This document shows positions 9,478-19,124 of a stretch of DNA of 64,000 nt, in pieces. The translations under genes and the position numbers were made by a program. Under the pieces are notes generated by a model. It was not told the origin of the DNA and did not search any database. It was given only the letters and a program-made list of their open reading frames with translations. Source of the DNA: Patescibacteria group bacterium (GTDB taxonomy: Bacteria > Patescibacteriota > Microgenomatia > UBA10105 > UBA927); contig JBBTWJ010000003.1 of the NCBI GenBank assembly GCA_038062895.1, positions 114,448 through 178,447 on the forward strand. Direction: 5' to 3'. Position 1 is the first letter of the stretch. Each line of letters opens with the position of its first letter.

Positions 9478-10422
9478 ATGTATCACCGCAGACGATATGA
9501 GCGTACAAAGGCTTCTCCCATAAAAAAATTCTTTTGGCTTGCTCTTGTCTTGGTAATCGTAATGCTCCTCGTTCGTGCGACCGGATCAAAACAAAATTCT
9601 TCCATTATCTCTCCCATTCCGGAGGAAACCAGCCAACCTGCTCAAGCGTTTGGAGGATTATTTACCAAGAAAAAAACACCGGAGGATCTCCGGACGAAAA
9701 TACAGGAACTAGTCAACAACCGACTGAAAAACTACTCTGTGTACGTAAAGGACTTAAATTCCCCCTTCACGATGGGCATCAACGAAACCATCATATACAC
9801 CGCCGCCTCGATCAATAAAGTCCCAATCATTGCCGCTCTCTACTACTACGCAGGCAAAGGCGAGATTGATCTAGATGAACGCATCACCATCCAAACGCGG
9901 GACATACAGGATTTCGGCACCGGCTCCATCCGCTATGACCCTCCGGGGATGGTCTATGCCATCAAAACACTTGCCAAACTCGCCATAGAGCAAAGCGACA
10001 ATACCGCAGCCTACGTCCTGGGCACCTACACCGTGGGGCTTGATAAAGTGCAGGCACTCATGGATCAGTGGGGGCTGACCCAAACGGATATGCTCAATAA
10101 TAAAACCTCCAATCATGATATGAGCATACTCTTTGAAAAAATCTATAAAGGAGAGTTGACCAACGCTGCATCCACCCAGGAAATACTCGCTTTCTTCAAA
10201 GACACGGACTTTGAAGACCGGATCCCCGCGTTGCTGCCAAAAACCGTCGCGGTCTATCACAAAATTGGCAATGAAATCGCCATCATGCATGACGCCGGTA
10301 TCGTGACGGACGGCAAGACCATCTACTACATCGGCATATTTACCAACGATATAACGGATGAGGAAGAGACGAAGAAGATAATCACGCAAGTTTCTAAATT
10401 AGTATATGACTACCTTCGCTGA
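9478..10422 (+). CDS. class A beta-lactamase-related serine hydrolase with an N-terminal membrane anchor
   Basis: SINK (SxxK), SDN and KIG (KTG-like) motifs in canonical order; hydrophobic N-terminus. Confidence 0.65.
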   Translation: MYHRRRYERTKASPIKKFFWLALVLVIVMLLVRATGSKQNSSIISPIPEETSQPAQAFGGLFTKKKTPEDLRTKIQELVNNRLKNYSVYVKDLNSPFTMGINETIIYTAASINKVPIIAALYYYAGKGEIDLDERITIQTRDIQDFGTGSIRYDPPGMVYAIKTLAKLAIEQSDNTAAYVLGTYTVGLDKVQALMDQWGLTQTDMLNNKTSNHDMSILFEKIYKGELTNAASTQEILAFFKDTDFEDRIPALLPKTVAVYHKIGNEIAIMHDAGIVTDGKTIYYIGIFTNDITDEEETKKIITQVSKLVYDYLR

Positions 10423-10505
10423 CGCACCCCGATACCAATATACGAACCAGCCTCGCTTAGACGCGAGTCTAGGCGGGTGAATACTAATGCAACGAATAAA
10501 CAGCA

Positions 10506-13007
10506 TTATGCATTGAGGTGAAGAGAGGGACGCATCGTGGGGAGTGACCGGACCTTTCTGACCGGTAACGGCTTGGTAAGCGCGATTTTAAGCACCTCGT
10601 CCATATGCTCCACAAAGTGAAATGACAGATCCTTGGTAACGCTCTTAGGAATGTCTTCCAGGTCCTTTTTATTATCTTTCGGCAATATGATTGTTCGGAT
10701 ACCGGCCCGATGAGCAGCAATCACTTTTTCCTTCACCCCGCCGATTTCCAGCACTCTACCCCGAAGCGTCACTTCGCCCGTCATGGCAATCGTCCGATGA
10801 ATCGGGATTCCGGTCACTGCTGATACAAGTGACGTGGTGATGGCGATACCCGCTGACGGACCGTCTTTCGGCACGGCTCCTTCCGGCACATGGATATGGA
10901 CATCAAGTTTTCCAAAAAACTTTTCATCCAGTCCAAGCTCCCGCCATTTGCTGCGCATCCACGAAAGCGCCGCGTGACCAGATTCTTTCATAACGTCTCC
11001 AAGCTGGCCGGTAAGCAAGAGACTCCCCTTCCCCGGCATGAGCGCGGTTTCGATAAAAAGAATCACGCCGCCTGCTTCTGTCCACGCAAGTCCGGTAGAC
11101 ATACCAACAGCATCTGTTTTTTCCGCTAAATACGACGAGAAACGGTACGGGCCTAAGTACTGGTGAAGATCTTTGGGACTCAACGGAAGCTTGCCTACGC
11201 CTTTACCGTTTTTTTCAGCGATCTTTTTGGCAACCTTCCGGTAGAGTTTGGCAATTTCGCGTTCCAAACTCCTGACTCCGGCTTCGCGCGTATACCGCCG
11301 AATGATAGTGAAAAACGTTTGACTGGTCAGGCTCACGACCCCCTTGGGGATACCATGTATCTCCCGTTGCTTTTCCATAATGAAATCACGGACGATATGA
11401 AATTTCTCTTCCTCCGTATACCCGGGGAAATGGATAATCTCAAGCCGGTCCCGCAACGCAGGCGGAATAGTATCCAGGATGTTACAGGTGGTGATGAAAA
11501 ATACGTCAGAGAGATCAAACGGCACATCCAGGTAATGATCGGAAAATGCATAGTTTTGCTCCGGATCCAGGGCTTCCAGAAGTGCCGCCGAGGGATCGCC
11601 ACGGAAGTCGTTGCCCACTTTGTCTATTTCATCCAGCATAAATACCGGATTTTTGGTTCCCGCCTGCTTAATGCCCTGGATAATGCGTCCAGGAAGGGCG
11701 CCCACATAGGTACGGCGATGGCCACGGATCTCTGCTTCATCGCGGATACCGCCCAAAGACATCTTCACGAACTTTCGACCAATAGACCGCGCAATTGATT
11801 TGCCAATCGAGGTCTTTCCTACGCCGGGAGGGCCGACGAAACAAAGGATCGTTGGCGCGGATTTCGCTTTGCGCACGAGTGTATCCGATACCTTTATGCT
11901 TTCCGTCTGGCCAGGTACCGATTCTTGCGGAATCACTGGTATTTCCTTACTCTCCATTTCTTCCTGTTTTTGCGCTGCTGCGCGAAGCTTCATGACTGCC
12001 AAATACTCGAGGATTCGTTCTTTGATCTTCGTCAACCCGTAGTGATCTTCATCAAGAATAGATTCGGCGGTCTTGATAACGACATCATTTGCAGTCGCTA
12101 CCGCCCACGGCAACTCAACGAGCCAATCCAAGTAGGTACGCACATACGAGGATTCAGGATTATACTGGGACATCTGTCCTAACCGCGAAAGCTCTTTCTC
12201 GGCTTTCACCCGGACCTCTTCCGGCATCCCAGCCTTTTTGATTTTATCCGCAAGCTCTTTCGTCTCTTTGTTGTCGCCGTCCTCGCCCAACTCTTTCTCA
12301 ATCGTCTTCATGCGCTCCCGCAAGACCTGTTCTCGAACATTTTTATCAAACTTTTCCTGGGTCTTACTGGCAATTTTTTTCTCTATCTCAAGAATTTTGA
12401 TCTCGTGGGCCAGATATACAATTTCTTTTTCCAAGCGCTCTCTGACTGAATTAATTTCCAACAATTCCTGCCGCTCGCCTGGTTTGATATCGATAATGCC
12501 TGCAATCTGGTAGGAAAGCTGGAGTGATCCAACCCCGGACATAATATTCATGAAGGTCAAAAAATCCATGGACTTACCCAAATTCACAGCTCGGCGCAGT
12601 TCGCCCGTGATATGGCGGGTCAATGCTTTCACGTCATCGTTCTCCTCAACAATATCTTCTTTGGGTATCACTCGGGCGACAAAAAATGGCTCTACCGCTT
12701 CAAAGCTTACTATCTCAACTTTGGCGATACCCCGCACCAGCGCATTAATCTCCCCTTCGTTTTTCATCATCTGTACGATTTCACCCACTGTGGCTGTGGT
12801 AAACAAATCTGTTGGCGTAGGGTCATTGACGTTGGGATTCTTCTGCATGGCCAAAACGACACGCTTGCCGGATGCTTGCGCGGCTTCAATTGCCGATACC
12901 GAACGGGATCTTCCGAATGTGAGGATCATTTCCGTACCGGGGTACACGATGCCATCCCGGATGGGAACGACGGGGAACATTTGTTGATTTTGCGATATGA
13001 TATCCAT
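10506..13007 (-). CDS. lon: ATP-dependent protease Lon
   Basis: Lon N-domain, AAA+ Walker A GPPGVGKTS, and a C-terminal protease domain with the catalytic region PKDGPSAGIA. Confidence 0.9.
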   Translation of the reverse strand: MDIISQNQQMFPVVPIRDGIVYPGTEMILTFGRSRSVSAIEAAQASGKRVVLAMQKNPNVNDPTPTDLFTTATVGEIVQMMKNEGEINALVRGIAKVEIVSFEAVEPFFVARVIPKEDIVEENDDVKALTRHITGELRRAVNLGKSMDFLTFMNIMSGVGSLQLSYQIAGIIDIKPGERQELLEINSVRERLEKEIVYLAHEIKILEIEKKIASKTQEKFDKNVREQVLRERMKTIEKELGEDGDNKETKELADKIKKAGMPEEVRVKAEKELSRLGQMSQYNPESSYVRTYLDWLVELPWAVATANDVVIKTAESILDEDHYGLTKIKERILEYLAVMKLRAAAQKQEEMESKEIPVIPQESVPGQTESIKVSDTLVRKAKSAPTILCFVGPPGVGKTSIGKSIARSIGRKFVKMSLGGIRDEAEIRGHRRTYVGALPGRIIQGIKQAGTKNPVFMLDEIDKVGNDFRGDPSAALLEALDPEQNYAFSDHYLDVPFDLSDVFFITTCNILDTIPPALRDRLEIIHFPGYTEEEKFHIVRDFIMEKQREIHGIPKGVVSLTSQTFFTIIRRYTREAGVRSLEREIAKLYRKVAKKIAEKNGKGVGKLPLSPKDLHQYLGPYRFSSYLAEKTDAVGMSTGLAWTEAGGVILFIETALMPGKGSLLLTGQLGDVMKESGHAALSWMRSKWRELGLDEKFFGKLDVHIHVPEGAVPKDGPSAGIAITTSLVSAVTGIPIHRTIAMTGEVTLRGRVLEIGGVKEKVIAAHRAGIRTIILPKDNKKDLEDIPKSVTKDLSFHFVEHMDEVLKIALTKPLPVRKVRSLPTMRPSLHLNA

Positions 13008-13008
13008 G

Positions 13009-13136
13009 CCAGGTAGTGAAAATTCGACTAATGATTGATAACCATGATCATCTAGTTAACCAAATATATTCAACTTGTATTAAACTTCCAGATAGATAGC
13101 ATCGCTTCGCGATGCGGTCGAATTTCTACTACCTGG
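13009..13136. repeat. inverted-repeat-bounded element, copy 1 (20-bp arms CCAGGTAGTGAAAATTCGAC / GTCGAATTTCTACTACCTGG around an 88-nt spacer)
   Basis: Arms are 18/20 complementary; the left arm sits 1 nt from the lon ATG; same arm family at 18564, 20336 and 53075. Confidence 0.55.
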
Positions 13137-13185
13137 TTGGCACTCAAGTATAACAAGTGCCAACAACCTCGTCAAGCGACAAAAC

Positions 13186-14049
13186 CTAGCGGAATTCGGA
13201 AAGAAGTGTATCCAAATCAAAGCTCCCAAGTGGTTGGTTTGCCAGCGGACCTGCGGCCAACGCCGGCTCACGATCTTCACTCGTCGGGGCTGCTTCCCGG
13301 TAAAACACACCGAGGGGAATCTTATCTCCCCATTCAAACGCTTTTTCAATAGCCGCGAGGCGATTATCGGGCACATACTTGACTGAATCGAGTTGGTACA
13401 ACCGAGTCCGATACCATTGATACGTATGGACGTGATTGAACGTGACGCATGGCTGCAAAATATCAAGAACGGAAAACCCCTTATGCTTGATCGCCTCGGC
13501 TATAAGCTTGGTGAGTCCCGGCATGTCACCGGCAAACCCACGCGCGACGAACGTCGCACCGGAAACCAGGGCTAACGCCAACGGATTAACCGGCGTATCC
13601 ACGACCCCCTCCGGGGTAGATTTCGTCTTGAGATGATCCTTCGCCGTGGGAGAGGCCTGTCCCGTCGTTAAGCCATACACCTGATTGTCATGGATGAGAA
13701 CCGTGATATCCGGATTCCGTTTCGCCGCATGGATAAAGTGATTACCTCCCTCGCCCAAACAATCACCATCTCCCGCAATGGCAATGACTGGAATCGTATG
13801 ATTGGCAAGCTTCGCGCCTTGCGCTATCGGCAATGACCGGCCATGAAGGCCTTCGACTCCATAGGTGCGCATCCAGGCGCTCATATTCCCATGACAGCCA
13901 ATCCCATAAACAAAAAGAGCGTCATCCGGGCCGATCCCAAGCTCAACCAATGCGTTTTTGAGTGCCATCCAGATACCGAAATCCCCACACCCCGGACACC
14001 AGGTTGGAAGGTAACCGGTTTTAAAACTGTCTGCAGTGATGGATGTCAT
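13186..14049 (-). CDS. korB: 2-oxoacid:ferredoxin oxidoreductase beta subunit (TPP-binding)
   Basis: CPGCGDFG thiamine-PP/FeS-proximal motif and the GDGD TPP-binding region. Confidence 0.85.
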   Translation of the reverse strand: MTSITADSFKTGYLPTWCPGCGDFGIWMALKNALVELGIGPDDALFVYGIGCHGNMSAWMRTYGVEGLHGRSLPIAQGAKLANHTIPVIAIAGDGDCLGEGGNHFIHAAKRNPDITVLIHDNQVYGLTTGQASPTAKDHLKTKSTPEGVVDTPVNPLALALVSGATFVARGFAGDMPGLTKLIAEAIKHKGFSVLDILQPCVTFNHVHTYQWYRTRLYQLDSVKYVPDNRLAAIEKAFEWGDKIPLGVFYREAAPTSEDREPALAAGPLANQPLGSFDLDTLLSEFR

Positions 14050-14052
14050 ATG

Positions 14053-14092
14053 GTTACTTAGTTACTTAGTTACTTAGTTAGTTGCTTGGTTA
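14053..14092. repeat. tandem octamer GTTACTTA x3 plus degenerate copies, abutting the korB start codon
   Basis: Read directly from the sequence in the korA-korB intergenic leader. Confidence 0.5.
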
Positions 14093-14122
14093 CATTTGCT
14101 TTGTGCAAAGTAACATACATTG

Positions 14123-15862
14123 CTAACGCACTCTCTCAATAATCTCCTCGGGCAAGAACGGTCTGCCATCGTATTTTAAGAGTTTTTCCGTAATATCGAT
14201 ACCCGTCTGTTGGCGGACAAGAGAAGCCAACTGTCCGGTAGCATTTTGTTCTATATCAATGATACGGGTGGATCCCGTCAAGAGCGAGGTAGCAGATTCT
14301 ACAGGGAACGGATAAAGCCACGGAAAATAAATAACTTTTGCTGATCCGCCACCCACATGAAAGTCCGTCATGTTCATCGCTTCCAAAACCGGCCCAAGTG
14401 TAGAACCCCATGTCACTATTGTCGTTTGGGCAGATGCATCACCGTGAACCACGGGCGGCATGATGACGTTCTTAATTGCACTAAGTTTCTTCAGACGCCT
14501 GTCTACCATGGCTTGGCGAATCCCAGCATCTTCCGATACCAGTCCCGTTTCATCGTGTTCGTAGGAATTTGCCATGTATTGCCCGCCCTTCATACCGGGG
14601 AAGCTACGGGCGGAAACCCCATCAGAAGCGCCCAAATCAAAGCGTTTATAACTCGTTTCACTTGGGTGTTCTCCCTGCGGCATCACCTTTCCCCGATCAA
14701 TGCTCACCGTGCCTTTCATTTTGCTTGTCAGCACGCACCACTGGCTTTCATTGAGATATTTATCCGTAAGCACAAAAACCGGCACATGAAATTGTTCTGC
14801 GAGTTCAAACGCTTTGATCGTGAGTTCATAGGCCTCTGTAGCATCAAACGGAGCTAACACAATCCTGGGAAACTCTCCATGCCCCGCATGAATAATAAAT
14901 CCAAGATCTCCCTGCTCGGTCCAGGTAGGCATACCAGTGGCAGGACCAACCCGCATCCCCATATCAATCACCAGCGGCACTTCTATCATCCCTGCCAAGG
15001 ATACCCCTTCGACCATGAGGGCGAACCCTCCGCCACTCGTGGCCACCATACTGCGGACACCACTCAACGCCGCACCGATAGCCATATTGATACCGGCAAT
15101 CTCATCTTCCGGCTGTTTATAGACAATTCCTAGTGATTTAGCGTGATCAGCCAGAAACGAAATAAGAGAATTGATGGGCGTCATGGGATAAATTGCCGCG
15201 AATTTAAGTCCCGCCCGTACCGCGCCTACTCCCACGGCCTCGCTGCCGTTTATGAGAAGATAATCCTCCTTCTTGAGAGGTACTTCAAGCGTAAGAGATG
15301 AAAAAGACGAGACCACGCCAGTCACCGCGTCAAATCCCGCGCGGGCAATATCGATGTTATGGTTGACGACCGCCTCACCCTTTTTCCCAAACTGATCACG
15401 GATGACGTCGGCTAAATACTCAAACGGTGCGCCAAGAAATGCAAAACTTGTTCCGAGTGCCACTGTGTTGCGCATGATCACGTCTCCACCTTTTTTTTGC
15501 ACTAATTCACGAAATGGAACCGGAACAAGAGAAACCCCTTTGGGTAATTCTTCACCCTTCCAATCATAATCATTCGGGTCAAAGACAAGAACCGTGCCTT
15601 CTGTCATGTCTTTTTTATGAAGCTCGACCGTCTCTTTATTGAGGGCAATCAAAATGTGAAGCGAACGATCTAGGGAATGAAACGGTTTTGTAGCAATCCG
15701 TACCGTCACCGCGTTATGCCCTCCGCGGATAAGTGAGGGGTATTCGTTGAGTGAAAATATATAATACCCGTGCCTGGAAAAAGCCCGGGCAAGCATCGTG
15801 CCGGAAGCCATGATACCAAATCCTGCTTCCCCCCCTATTTTCCATGTAATGGACTGTGCCAT
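14123..15862 (-). CDS. korA: 2-oxoacid:ferredoxin oxidoreductase alpha subunit (fused gamma-alpha domains)
   Basis: N-terminal WKIGGEAGFGI gamma-type domain followed by a POR alpha domain; ATG at 15862 preferred over the TTG at 15889. Confidence 0.85.
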   Translation of the reverse strand: MAQSITWKIGGEAGFGIMASGTMLARAFSRHGYYIFSLNEYPSLIRGGHNAVTVRIATKPFHSLDRSLHILIALNKETVELHKKDMTEGTVLVFDPNDYDWKGEELPKGVSLVPVPFRELVQKKGGDVIMRNTVALGTSFAFLGAPFEYLADVIRDQFGKKGEAVVNHNIDIARAGFDAVTGVVSSFSSLTLEVPLKKEDYLLINGSEAVGVGAVRAGLKFAAIYPMTPINSLISFLADHAKSLGIVYKQPEDEIAGINMAIGAALSGVRSMVATSGGGFALMVEGVSLAGMIEVPLVIDMGMRVGPATGMPTWTEQGDLGFIIHAGHGEFPRIVLAPFDATEAYELTIKAFELAEQFHVPVFVLTDKYLNESQWCVLTSKMKGTVSIDRGKVMPQGEHPSETSYKRFDLGASDGVSARSFPGMKGGQYMANSYEHDETGLVSEDAGIRQAMVDRRLKKLSAIKNVIMPPVVHGDASAQTTIVTWGSTLGPVLEAMNMTDFHVGGGSAKVIYFPWLYPFPVESATSLLTGSTRIIDIEQNATGQLASLVRQQTGIDITEKLLKYDGRPFLPEEIIERVR

Positions 15863-15870
15863 ATCTTTAA

Positions 15871-15906
15871 CAATACAACAACCTGACAATACAACAAATT
15901 GACAAT
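15871..15906. promoter_or_regulatory. direct repeats TGACAATACAACAA (two copies plus a half copy) in the 66-bp divergent region between korA and the ANL ligase
   Basis: CAATACAACAA at 15871-15881 and 15887-15897, TGACAAT again at 15900; the same AACAATAC unit recurs four times inside the ligase CDS. Confidence 0.4.
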
Positions 15907-15928
15907 TTCTGAAAGTGCATGAATTCTC

Positions 15929-18319
15929 ATGCGACGATCGACTACTATATATAGTATGAATGATCTACCGCGGGTCCGACTACCTGTAAACTCTGTCGAA
16001 GAATTACTCGCAAGTCACGCGGGTACATATGCTGATAAAGCGGCGCTCATCGCGGTTCACGTAGATACCGACGAGATCAATACGATTTCTTACCGCGAGC
16101 TGAACATCCTGGTCGGCCGGGCGGCAGCGTGGCTTTCCTCTCTGGGCATCAAGCGCGGTGACCGGTTTGCAATCCTCATGCCCAACGCTCCGGAAGTCAT
16201 AATCCTGGAACTGGCCGGTGCGATAATCGGGGCCGCAACGGTCCCGCTGGATTCCAAACGCGATACCATAGAACGCAAACTATTCAAATTAAAAGACACC
16301 GGCGCAAAAGCAATCCTTATCAAACAAGAGGAAAAATCTGCAGAAGAAAGAGAAACTCTTGCACAGGCATTACCGCATCTCACAATCCGCACATGGACCA
16401 CGTTTGGTGAATTTCAAACCATACTGACAGGGCCAGGCCCTGTCACTCACGCAAAGGGATCGCTTGAGGACTACTACGTGATCCTCTATACGTCAGGGAC
16501 AACCGCGCTTCCCAAAGGAGTCCTTCTTTCCACACGAGCGTGCCTGTTAAACGCTATGGGCATCCTACAGTGGCAACAATTTACTCACGATGATGTCTTT
16601 TCTATTGTGCTCCCGCTTCATCACATCAACTCGACAGAATTTAGTCTTGCTATGATACTCGCCGGCGGTACGATCGTTCTCAATTCCCGCTATAGCGCAA
16701 GCCACTTCTGGCAGGTAATCAACCGCTTCCGGATAACCAACACGAGTGTCGTTCCCACGATCCTCCACGATCTTCTTACCCGTGTCGATGAATTTATATC
16801 ATTACACCTGGATGTATCCTCACTTAAACGCATCTGTATCGGTTCAGCTCCTGTACTACCAGAAGAAACAATGCGATTCTACGATTCATTTAAGGTACGA
16901 GTCACTCAAGGATATGGCCAGACCGAAACTGCGCTGCGCGTGGCCGGTGTGCCGGTAGACACAAACGAAGAGACGTACCGCGAATTTGTCAAAAGCAACA
17001 CGATCGGTACCGAGCTTGCCAATAATCACCTCGCAATTATGGACGGGAATAATAATGAAAAGAACGAAAGCGAGGAGGGGGAAATATGCATAGCCGGCCC
17101 AATTCTCGCCGGTGGATACCTCAATAACCCGGAGGAATCAACAAAATCATTCAAAAATAGCTGGTTTCATTCCGGCGACCTCGGGTACTGGAAAATGATC
17201 GACGGCAAAAAATATTTCTTCATCATCGGGCGTATCAAAGAAATCATCATCAAAGGCGGAGTCAACCTCTCACCGTCTGCCATAGAAGATGCACTTCTCA
17301 AAGCATTTCCCCAAATCGATGAGGTGAGCGTCGTGGGATACCCGGATGCGCGTATGGGGGAAGAAATTGCAGCGGTTATAGTCTTGACAGGGTTGGACCC
17401 TGTCAAACAACAGGGCTCAACCCTAGCGGACAAATTTGTCCAATTAGTTTTAGATGCTGCTCAAAATGGAAAAATCTCCGGACTTTCCCGTTATGAGTCG
17501 CCCAAAAAGGTATTTATTGTCGATACCCTCCCGAAAACCTCGACCGGAAAAATCCAAAGAGTTGAGATAAAAAAAAGTGTTGCCACACGTATCAAAAGCG
17601 AGCACCCCCACCATTACTATGTCCGCACCATTGCTAATCATGAGACGGAAATCATGAAACAGGCTCTCAAGATAAATAACGCGCGGTTTCCGTTTATTCC
17701 ATCACTATTGGAGGAATTTATTGCTCGAACACAAAATGGGCTCTTTTTCGGTGTTTTTGATGAATCTGAAGGTCTGATCGGTTCTCTCTCCTGTATCAGG
17801 ACGAACCATACGATGATAGAAAAGGTCAAAACGTGGAATGAAGCAACCGCAGAGGGAACGCTCGCAAATCACGATCCCCACGGAGATACGCTTGCATGCG
17901 TGGCGATCTCTGTCAAAACAACATCGAACAATACAACAATACAACAATACAACAATACTAACGAAGATACATTACAACGCCTCGCAAAAAAATATATTAA
18001 AGAATACGTAAGTTTGGACAAAGATCACGTGCTAAATTTTCATAAACGATCCAAGGGAGGAATCCCTGGGGCTACGGTATGGAAAATTTTGGAAAACGGC
18101 AGACGGGAAGATAAAGAGGCCATAGGGTACAACGTCCTCATGAAGTATCCTACCATCGATGTATCCACAACTATTATCCGGAGTAACGCACCCTCTCCGG
18201 CAATTCTTCTCATCGAACACGCACTTCTTTACGCGAAAGAGCATGGAGTAAAAGATGTCATTGCGTTCTCCCGTCCTTCGGGGTTTCGAAAATATCTGGC
18301 AGAAAAACTACGGATATAA
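15929..18319 (+). CDS. ANL-superfamily adenylate-forming enzyme (acyl-CoA synthetase-like) fused to a ~250-aa C-terminal GNAT-like domain
   Basis: A3 YTSGTTALPKG, A5 GYGQTE, A7 YHSGDLGYW, A8 GRIKEIIIKGG, A10 PKTSTGKIQR; the C-terminal domain ends ...AILLIEHALLYAKEHG, which is acyltransferase-like. Confidence 0.7.
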   Translation: MRRSTTIYSMNDLPRVRLPVNSVEELLASHAGTYADKAALIAVHVDTDEINTISYRELNILVGRAAAWLSSLGIKRGDRFAILMPNAPEVIILELAGAIIGAATVPLDSKRDTIERKLFKLKDTGAKAILIKQEEKSAEERETLAQALPHLTIRTWTTFGEFQTILTGPGPVTHAKGSLEDYYVILYTSGTTALPKGVLLSTRACLLNAMGILQWQQFTHDDVFSIVLPLHHINSTEFSLAMILAGGTIVLNSRYSASHFWQVINRFRITNTSVVPTILHDLLTRVDEFISLHLDVSSLKRICIGSAPVLPEETMRFYDSFKVRVTQGYGQTETALRVAGVPVDTNEETYREFVKSNTIGTELANNHLAIMDGNNNEKNESEEGEICIAGPILAGGYLNNPEESTKSFKNSWFHSGDLGYWKMIDGKKYFFIIGRIKEIIIKGGVNLSPSAIEDALLKAFPQIDEVSVVGYPDARMGEEIAAVIVLTGLDPVKQQGSTLADKFVQLVLDAAQNGKISGLSRYESPKKVFIVDTLPKTSTGKIQRVEIKKSVATRIKSEHPHHYYVRTIANHETEIMKQALKINNARFPFIPSLLEEFIARTQNGLFFGVFDESEGLIGSLSCIRTNHTMIEKVKTWNEATAEGTLANHDPHGDTLACVAISVKTTSNNTTIQQYNNTNEDTLQRLAKKYIKEYVSLDKDHVLNFHKRSKGGIPGATVWKILENGRREDKEAIGYNVLMKYPTIDVSTTIIRSNAPSPAILLIEHALLYAKEHGVKDVIAFSRPSGFRKYLAEKLRI
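17927..17958. repeat. tandem octamer AACAATAC x4 inside the ANL-ligase CDS (encodes SNNTTIQQYNNT)
   Basis: Four perfect 8-nt units; 32 nt is not a multiple of 3 yet the frame is intact. Confidence 0.6.
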
Positions 18320-18562
18320 TTGTTTGCCGGTTTCATCCGTAATGAAAATTGCCATAACGGGACAACCTTTGGCAGCCTCGAGGAGCGTCTCATCGGTTTC
18401 CCCATCTACCGTATCTAAAATTATGGCTTTCGCTTCATCATCCAGTGCCCAAGCTTTGGGCGCAATAGCAATACACGTCGCCGCTCCAATGCAGAGGCTC
18501 CTATCGATCCGCATCGTCAGCTTGCGAATCTTCCGTTTCACTTTTGGGTCGTTATCATCCAT
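18308..18562 (-). CDS. small single-cluster ferredoxin
   Basis: CIGAATC ... CP cysteine pattern; start set at the ATG that sits 1 nt from an inverted-repeat arm (MDDNDPKVKRK...) rather than the longer listed ORF. Confidence 0.6.
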   Translation of the reverse strand: MDDNDPKVKRKIRKLTMRIDRSLCIGAATCIAIAPKAWALDDEAKAIILDTVDGETDETLLEAAKGCPVMAIFITDETGKQLYP

Positions 18563-18563
18563 G

Positions 18564-18698
18564 CCAAGTAGTGAAATTTCGATCTTTGCCTTACGCGTCA
18601 AAATTTCAGTATCCTCTAATTATAAATCAGTATCATTGAATTCCAAATAGGTCATTCGATATGGCAAAGATAAAGCGTATCGAAATTCTACTACCTGG
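18564..18698. repeat. inverted-repeat-bounded element, copy 2 (arms CCAAGTAGTGAAATTTCGAT / ATCGAAATTCTACTACCTGG)
   Basis: Left arm 1 nt from the ferredoxin ATG; right arm 12 nt from the sufU stop. Confidence 0.5.
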
Positions 18699-18710
18699 CA
18701 TGATGTGATT

Positions 18711-19124
18711 CTATATGGACTGAATGGCTTTGTGCAAGACCTCAAGGGAAAGCGTCGCACACTTGACGCGGGACGGCGTCAGTGTTGTTCCGAGCATACG
18801 TTCAATATCTTGCATCGTCATTTTTTTGAGTGAAGCAAACCCCATGCCCTTCACTTTTTCCGTCAACATGGAAGCACTGGCCTGACTGATCGCACAACCA
18901 TCACCGGAGAAGCGGATATCATCAATTGTGACGCCTGACGCCTGACCCGCTTCGCCTGAGATTGAGCGAGGCGAGCGCCTGACGCACAATTCAATAACGA
19001 TCCGGTCGCCGCAGGTCACGTTGCCCTCCTCCATCACAATATCCGGCTTATCGAGGTGGCCGAAGTTACGGGGATGCTTATAATGATCGAGGATTACGTC
19101 GCGATAGAGATCCATATTAAGCAA
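18711..19124 (-). CDS. sufU: SUF FeS-cluster sulfur-transfer/scaffold protein SufU
   Basis: DHYKHPRNFG, CGD, GDGCAISQASASMLTE and RVKCATL match B. subtilis SufU. Confidence 0.85.
   Translation of the reverse strand: MLNMDLYRDVILDHYKHPRNFGHLDKPDIVMEEGNVTCGDRIVIELCVRRSPRSISGEAGQASGVTIDDIRFSGDGCAISQASASMLTEKVKGMGFASLKKMTMQDIERMLGTTLTPSRVKCATLSLEVLHKAIQSI

Noticed and set aside
10423-10505. Hairpin CTCGC-TTAGAC-GCGAG in the convergent bla-like/lon gap as a terminator
   Set aside because: Short stem and no following T-run on either strand.
13009-13136. Integron attC or MITE interpretation of the inverted-repeat-bounded elements
   Set aside because: No GTTRRRY / RYYYAAC core sites and no integrase or cassette layout. 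Interiors of the four copies are unrelated and no target-site duplications are evident, so a MITE is not favoured. Kept as an unexplained element family.
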